64,000 bases of DNA from Chloroflexota bacterium. GTDB taxonomy: Bacteria > Chloroflexota > UBA11872 > VXOZ01. The notes under the pieces are model-generated. The model was not told the DNA's origin. It made no database searches and was given only the letters and a program-made list of their open reading frames with translations. Positions 58,743-64,000 of the stretch are shown here, piece after piece (positions within the stretch are counted from its first letter, which is position 1; the number at the start of each line of letters is the position of its first letter). A program made the position numbers and the translations under genes. The stretch spans positions 2,216 to 66,215 of the forward strand of contig JAJEAH010000042.1 of NCBI GenBank assembly GCA_022824225.1. Reading direction: 5' to 3'.

Positions 58743-61292
58743 TCAGTTGCGCAACGGCTTCCCGGTCTTCAGGATGTGAGCGATTCGGTCTTGGGTCTTG
58801 GGTTCGCCGCAGAGGCTGACGAAGGCCTCGCGTTCCAGATCGATGATGTGTTCCTCGTCCACCTGCGCGCCCGCCCGCGCGTCGCCGCCGGTGAGAATGA
58901 ACGCGAGCTTGCGCGCGATCGTCAGGTCGTGCGCCGTGGCCCTACCGGCCTGCGCCGCTTCCGCCACCGGCGCGATCAACGCCTCGCGCTCTTCAGCGCC
59001 GAGCACGGGGAGTTGGACGGGAGCGTAGCGCGCGGCATCCCCGTCTGCCGCCAACGCCAGCGCGGCGGCCTTGGCGCGGTACAGCAGATGGTCGGGATTC
59101 GCCTCGATGATGTCGTCCGCGCGCAGATAGCCCAGGACAACCGCGTCCGGCGCGTGCTGCGAGACTTTTCCCAAGCGAATTGTCTCGAACGCGCGGCGTA
59201 CGGCCGCGGCCACAGCGGACGGACTCCCATCTGCGGCACGTCCGTCATTCCCACGTGCAGCATTTCCGTCATTCCCGTGCAAACGGGAATCCATCTTCTC
59301 TTCCTCCCGCAAACGGGAATCCATCTTCTCTTCCCCCTGCAAACCGGAACCCGTCTTCTCTTCCCCCCGCACTGCCGGCAACCGCAGCAGCAGTTCCTTG
59401 CAGCCGCCGCCGGCGGGGACGAGACCCACGGCAGTCTCCACCAACCCCACGTAGCTCTCACGCGCCGCCACGACGCGCTGCGCCGAAAGTCCCAATTCCA
59501 GCCCGCCGCCCAGCGCGCGGCCGTATAGCGCGGTCACGACCGGCGCCGGCATGCGTTTGAGGGCCAGCAACCCGTATTGCAGCTTGTGGATGAAGGCTTC
59601 GATGGCGTCCCACTGCCTATCCTGCGCAGCCTGCAGAATAACCGCGAGGTTCGCGCCGACGCAGAAATTCGGCTGCACGTGGCTGCTGAGCACCAGGCCG
59701 TCGAAGCCGTCCGGCGTGCGCGCGGCCGCGACCTCCAACATGTCGAGAACGTCGGCGTCGATGGTCTGCTTTGCGCCGTGCACGTCCAGGAACGCGATGC
59801 CGTCGCCCAGGTCCCGCAGCGTCGCGCCCGTCCGGCGCTCTACCGTCTGGGCTTGCGATTGCAACCACGGCAGGGAGAGCGCGCGTTGGCTGCCGGTTAC
59901 CGGCGCGTATGCGCCTTGGGGCGTGGCTTGTTCCGTGCCGGCCCCGGTGCAGCGGTAGAAGGGCTCCCGCCGCGCCGCGAGACCGGCAACCCAGGGCGGC
60001 ACAGCCAGACCGTCGCGGGCCATGCGTTCCGCCGTCTCCGCGATGCCCATCGCTTCCCAGGTCTCGAAAGGCCCCAGCGACCACGCGAAACCCCAGCGCA
60101 TGGCGTTATCGACGCTGGCGATTTCGGGAGCGACCTCGGGGATCTTGGCCGCGGCAAAGGCAAAGAGGCGCGAGAGGATGCGCCAGGCCAACGCGCCGGC
60201 GGCATCCCCGCTCCCAGCGGCATCTTTGCTGTCAGCGCCATAGCTACTGTCGGCAAGCGCGGCGATGCGGGCGCCGCTGTCCTCGATGCGGCGCGCCGCC
60301 GCCAGCGACAGCGCCGCCAGTGCGCGCTGCGGCCGGTACGCCAGCGTCTCCGGGTCCAGCACGTGGAATTCACGGCGGCCGTCGGCCTCAACGGCCTTGT
60401 AGAACCCCTGGCGGGTCTTGTCGCCCAGCCAGCCGCGCGCCACCATCTCCCGCAGAAAACCGGGCACGGCAAACGCTTCTTGTTCCCAGGCCTCCGGCAC
60501 CGTGGCCCGCAGCTTGTCGCAGATGTCCACGTAGACGTCCAGGCCGATGAGGTCGAGGGTGCGAAACGTGGCGCTGCGGGGCCGCCCCAACGGCGGCCCG
60601 GTGACCGTGTCCACCTCATCGGGGCCGAGCCCCAAATCCCGCATGGCGCGGATGGTTTCCGCAAGCACGTACAGGCCGATGCGGTTGCCGACGAAGCCGG
60701 GCACGTCATGCGCGAGCACGCAGCCCTTGCCCAGGGTCTCGCTGCCGAACCGCTGCACCGCCGCGGCAACGGCGGGGTCGGTCTCCTGTGTCGGGATGAG
60801 TTCGAAGAGCCGCAGGTAGCGCGGCGGATTGAAGAAATGCGCGCCCATGAAGCGCGGCCGCAGTCCGGCGGGCAGCGCGGCGGCAATGTCGGTGATGGGA
60901 ATGCTGGAGGTGTTCGTGCTGGCAACGGCGTCCGCCCGGAGATGCGGCGCCAGCGCCGCCCACGTGCTCCGCTTGACGTCCAAGTCTTCGAAGACCGCCT
61001 CGATGACCCAGTCGCAGTCCGCCAGGCGCTCGCGGTGGTCTTCCACGTTGCCGGGACGGATGCGGTCCAGGTCGCCGCGGTCGAACAGCGGCGAGGGCCG
61101 CATGGCGGCGAGTTTTTTCCGGGCGGCCGCCGCCCGCGCGTCGCGACCCGCCGGGTCCGGCAGGTCGAGCAATTCGCACTCGATGCCGAACCCGGCCAGC
61201 AGCGCCGCAATTTGCGCGCCCATGGTGCCGGCGCCAATCACCGCGGCCCGGCGCACGGTCCACACGTCTTCTGCAGTCGTCTGGTTAGCCAA
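58743..61292 (-). CDS. bifunctional 3-hydroxyacyl-CoA dehydrogenase / enoyl-CoA hydratase (FadN-like) carrying an in-frame repeat-derived insertion
   Basis: 849 aa. N-terminal AVIGAGTMGAQIAALLA (NAD Rossmann motif of HCDH) and C-terminal crotonase blocks ending in EAFVSLCGEPKTQDRIAHILKTGKPLRN. The peptide GEEKMDSRLREEEKMDSRLHGNDG inside the crotonase domain is encoded by A-type repeat units. Confidence 0.85.
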   Translation of the reverse strand: MANQTTAEDVWTVRRAAVIGAGTMGAQIAALLAGFGIECELLDLPDPAGRDARAAAARKKLAAMRPSPLFDRGDLDRIRPGNVEDHRERLADCDWVIEAVFEDLDVKRSTWAALAPHLRADAVASTNTSSIPITDIAAALPAGLRPRFMGAHFFNPPRYLRLFELIPTQETDPAVAAAVQRFGSETLGKGCVLAHDVPGFVGNRIGLYVLAETIRAMRDLGLGPDEVDTVTGPPLGRPRSATFRTLDLIGLDVYVDICDKLRATVPEAWEQEAFAVPGFLREMVARGWLGDKTRQGFYKAVEADGRREFHVLDPETLAYRPQRALAALSLAAARRIEDSGARIAALADSSYGADSKDAAGSGDAAGALAWRILSRLFAFAAAKIPEVAPEIASVDNAMRWGFAWSLGPFETWEAMGIAETAERMARDGLAVPPWVAGLAARREPFYRCTGAGTEQATPQGAYAPVTGSQRALSLPWLQSQAQTVERRTGATLRDLGDGIAFLDVHGAKQTIDADVLDMLEVAAARTPDGFDGLVLSSHVQPNFCVGANLAVILQAAQDRQWDAIEAFIHKLQYGLLALKRMPAPVVTALYGRALGGGLELGLSAQRVVAARESYVGLVETAVGLVPAGGGCKELLLRLPAVRGEEKTGSGLQGEEKMDSRLREEEKMDSRLHGNDGNAARGNDGRAADGSPSAVAAAVRRAFETIRLGKVSQHAPDAVVLGYLRADDIIEANPDHLLYRAKAAALALAADGDAARYAPVQLPVLGAEEREALIAPVAEAAQAGRATAHDLTIARKLAFILTGGDARAGAQVDEEHIIDLEREAFVSLCGEPKTQDRIAHILKTGKPLRN
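59240..59375. repeat. three partial tandem A-type REP units located inside the fadN-like coding sequence, in frame
   Basis: CCGTCATTCCCACGTGCAGCATTTCCGTCATTCCCGTGCAAACGGGAATCCATCTTCTCTTCCTCCCGCAAACGGGAATCCATCTTCTCTTCCCCCTGCAAACCGGAACCCGTCTTCTC; on the coding strand this reads ...EEKMDSRL... . Confidence 0.85.
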
Positions 61293-61657
61293 AACTGTCT
61301 CACTTCCTCACTTGTGGTTGGGGCTGGCCCCGGTACTCTCGCTCGGCGTTTCAGCGCACAGCCGGACTCGGTGTCATAGCTGCGCCGGTTGGCGCAGCGC
61401 AACGGACCGCCGGCGGCCGCTCTATTCCGGTAGCGCAGGTTTGCAACCTGTGTCCGCCGGTAGCCGCCCTACTCCGGTAGCGCAGGTTTGCAACCTGCTT
61501 CCGCCAAAGACGCAATCCATGCCGCCCTCTTATCCACCATTCCGCTCGTATTGCGTCCCCGCCGTTGGCAGTGCAAACGGCGGGGGGCAAGCCCCAATAT
61601 TGTCGCATTAATGCCGAAAGCCAGGATCAGATTGCCGCTACCCGGACTGTCAACTAC

Positions 61658-61689
61658 GGTAGGAGCACGACATGTCGTGCCCCTACACC
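61658..61689. repeat. C-type palindrome copy (GGTAGGAGCACGACATGTCGTGCCCCTACACC)
   Basis: Between the fadN-like start and the ggt end. A B-type unit follows at 61770-61795, and a GCCCCAATRTTGTCGCATTAA motif shared with 49357-49385 lies at 61590-61620. Confidence 0.8.
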
Positions 61690-61874
61690 ATTGAGACAAC
61701 GTTGCCATGGCGTAAGCAACGCAGTTTCGCCGCAATTGACCCAGTCTGAGGTCAATGCGATAACAATGGGGACAAGCCCCCGCGCTACCTCAGAATGTAC
61801 CTGAGTAAAATGCGCCCGCGCCGTTCACGCTACCAACTTGCTGCGCAAGCCTGCATCTGCCCAAGCGCCTCGGG

Positions 61875-63482
61875 TCACGCGACGATGGCCGCTCCCTGGC
61901 CGCGCGGATCGGAGCCGCCGTCCAACGTACCGTCCGGCGCGATGGTGACGAGTTGGCACAGCGCAAAGCGCGAGGGATAGCTGAGCGGGCTTTGCTCCAC
62001 GGTGAAGCCCCGCGCGCGCAGGGCGTCGCAGGTGTCCGTGCGCATGCGGGCGTCGGACCAGAGCATAGCGCCCTCGGCGTGGATGCGCGGCGCGGTCACC
62101 GCTTCCGTAGCGGTCATGCCGAAGTCCACCACGTTGGTAAAGGCCTGCACCAGCGCGCTCAGGATGGCGTTGCCGCCCGGCGCGCCCCAGGCCGCCGCCG
62201 GCCGGCCGTCCCGGGTCGCGATGGCCGGCATCATCAAGTGCAGCCGCGCTTTGCGCGGCGCGAAGGAACTGGCGCGTCCCGGCCGGGGATCGAAGCGGTT
62301 CATGCCGTTGTTGTAGACGAAGCCCGTGCCGGGCGTTATGACACCGGAATAGTTGCCGTTGCTGTGGGTAATGCAGGCAATGTTGCCGTCGCCGTCAACC
62401 ACGGTGAGGTGAGTGGTGTCGCCGTGCTCCTGGGGCGGGGCGAAACCGCCGACCGTGCCCGCCGCCACCGCCGCGCGCAACCGGGCCGTGCGTTCCGGCG
62501 AGAGCAGAGCGGATTCCGGAGAGACAGACAGGAAATCCGGGTCGCCCAGGTAGTCCCGCCGGTCCTGGTTGACCAATTGCAGTGTTGAGCCCACGTGGGC
62601 AAAGTACGCCGGACTGCCGTGGCCCAGCGCCGTCAGATCGAACCCGGCAAGCACGTTGAGCGCTTGCAGCAGCAGCGGTCCGCCGCCCGGCGCGCCGTTG
62701 CTGTACACCGTATAGCCGCGATAGGCGGCGGCGCGCGGCGCATAGGTCACGGGGTGGTAGGCGGCCAGGTCCTCGCGGGTAACGAACGCGCCGTTCTGCT
62801 CCAGGTCTGCGCCAATGCGGTCGCCCAACTCGCCGTCATAGAATTCCCGGGGGCCGCGTTCGCCCAGTTGCTCCAGCGTAGCGGCGTACGCCGGGTTTTG
62901 CATGATGTCCTCTTGGGTAAACGGCGCGTCGTCGGGCCGCAGGTAGAGGGCGGCGCAGTCCGGTGTCGCGCCCAGCCGGGCCTCGCGGCTGGGCTTGTAC
63001 GGCTCCGGCTGTTCCGGGCCGCCCGGCGCCACGCTGGGGGGCACGGCAAAGCCCTGCCGCGCGATGCGGATGGCGGGCTGGAGCAGCGCGTCCCATGGCA
63101 TGGTGCAGAAGCGGCGCTGCACCTCGCCCAAGGCGGCCACCGCGCCGGGGGTGCAAATGGACGTGTAGCCCATCGTGCTGCGGAAGTCGTCGAAGAGGCT
63201 CTCGCCGTTGAATTCACCCTCGCCGCGATAGTCGGCAACCCACATGTCGGGCGTCACCCGCGAACCGGCGCGCAGGCAGCCGTCCACGATCACGTGGGCG
63301 TCGTGGGCGCGGGAGAGCACGTGGGCCGATACCATGCCCCCAATGCCGCAACTGAACGGCGTAACGATCATCTGCACGAAGGCGGTGGCCACAGCGGCGT
63401 CGAACGCGTTGCCGCCCGCTTCCAGGATCTTTGCGCCTTCTTCGGCGGCGCGGGGATGAACGCAGACTACTATGCCGGACAT
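61875..63482 (-). CDS. ggt: gamma-glutamyltranspeptidase family protein
   Basis: 535 aa. N-terminal GGNAFDAAVATAFV, and the autoprocessing/nucleophile region DTTHLTVVDGDGNIACITHS with GxGG further on, typical of Ntn-hydrolase GGTs. Confidence 0.85.
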   Translation of the reverse strand: MSGIVVCVHPRAAEEGAKILEAGGNAFDAAVATAFVQMIVTPFSCGIGGMVSAHVLSRAHDAHVIVDGCLRAGSRVTPDMWVADYRGEGEFNGESLFDDFRSTMGYTSICTPGAVAALGEVQRRFCTMPWDALLQPAIRIARQGFAVPPSVAPGGPEQPEPYKPSREARLGATPDCAALYLRPDDAPFTQEDIMQNPAYAATLEQLGERGPREFYDGELGDRIGADLEQNGAFVTREDLAAYHPVTYAPRAAAYRGYTVYSNGAPGGGPLLLQALNVLAGFDLTALGHGSPAYFAHVGSTLQLVNQDRRDYLGDPDFLSVSPESALLSPERTARLRAAVAAGTVGGFAPPQEHGDTTHLTVVDGDGNIACITHSNGNYSGVITPGTGFVYNNGMNRFDPRPGRASSFAPRKARLHLMMPAIATRDGRPAAAWGAPGGNAILSALVQAFTNVVDFGMTATEAVTAPRIHAEGAMLWSDARMRTDTCDALRARGFTVEQSPLSYPSRFALCQLVTIAPDGTLDGGSDPRGQGAAIVA

Positions 63483-63735
63483 GTGCTCCCTACCTCGATT
63501 GCTGTCGGCCTTTACTCAAGCAGAGCTCGTGAAATGTATCCGATCGTAGACTAACCCCGCGCGTGAGCCCGATCCGGTCGGCCCGCCGGCTTGGCGGCGT
63601 TAGACGGCACGCGCATCGAATCCCGCGTGCGCCGCAAATCATCCTCACCGCACCTCCTGGACTCCGGCATGCGCCGGAGTGACAAGTGGACCGGTGCACG
63701 CTCCGGACTATGGGCACGTGTGCGGCAAGACTCAA

Positions 63736-64000
63736 TCACCCAATCCGGCCGCTCGCCGTGCCGACCACCACCGGCGTGCCATCTTGATTTTCACACCACA
63801 CGTCCAGCGTGATGCGCCCGCCGCCCGCCGCCGCATCATTTGCCGTCAACCGCGCCATGGATACCACATCATCGCCGGCGTCGACGATGCCGATGAATTT
63901 AGAGGTTAGTTCGCCGTCACTAAGCCACGCCTCGCCAAAGAGGTCCACCATGAGTTCGGTCAGGTAGCCGAGGCACATGGCCCCGGAGGCCGCCCTGGTC
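63736..64000 (-). CDS. MaoC-like (hotdog-fold) dehydratase, C-terminal part; the gene continues past the window end
   Basis: ARLTANDAAAGGGRITLDVWCENQDGTPVVVGTASGRIG resembles the C-terminal strands of (R)-specific enoyl-CoA hydratase/MaoC hotdog proteins. The N-terminus lies beyond nt 64000. Confidence 0.45.
   Translation of the reverse strand, partial: TRAASGAMCLGYLTELMVDLFGEAWLSDGELTSKFIGIVDAGDDVVSMARLTANDAAAGGGRITLDVWCENQDGTPVVVGTASGRIG

Overview
This is a high-GC (about two-thirds G+C by eye) bacterial chromosomal segment with roughly 55 protein-coding genes, one tRNA-Pro(CGG), and no rRNA or CRISPR array. Coding density is high and most genes are on the minus strand.

**Housekeeping content**
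- A conserved translation/lipid cluster: rpsB-tsf-pyrH-frr-uppS-cdsA.
- dgkA, dut, an FtsB-like gene, a ggt, a DarA (c-di-AMP receptor) gene next to the tRNA, and an EF-G paralog.

**Accessory or duplicated content**
- Two tandem Cys-type sulfatases.
- Two homocysteine S-methyltransferase paralogs, one at each end of the window.
- Three tandem Nif3-like genes followed by an LhgO-like oxidase.
- Two TAT-lipoprotein ABC substrate-binding paralogs.
- A tandem DUF488 pair.
- A higB-higA toxin-antitoxin module.
- A FadN-like HCDH/crotonase gene.
- DegT aminotransferase plus deacetylase-like genes.

**What stands out**
1. There is an unusually dense population of short palindromic repeats belonging to at least five families:
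   - A: ATTCCCGTGAAAACGGGAAT.
   - B: GCGGGGGACAAGCCCCCGC.
   - C: a perfect 28-bp palindrome, GTAGGGGCACGGCATGCCGTGCCCCTAC.
   - D: CTTCGACAAGCTCAG...TGTCGAAG.
   - E: 140-270-bp hairpin, MITE-like elements.
   A and B form tandem arrays between genes.
2. One set of A-type units is inserted in-frame inside the fadN-like ORF, reminiscent of Rickettsia palindromic elements.
3. Two low-GC islands sit in an otherwise high-GC background:
   - 15.4-16.9 kb carries a tightly coupled two-gene module of unknown function.
   - 18.2-19.3 kb carries small membrane/zinc-ribbon and acidic ORFs.
4. An adjacent pair of paralogous proteins of unknown family (37.5-39.0 kb) shares a conserved RIVCLANSRKxGGRCIAGKE N-terminal motif.
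5. The EF-G paralog has Tyr in place of the catalytic switch-II His (DTPGYADF).

All calls come from reading the translations and nucleotide patterns; no database search was possible.
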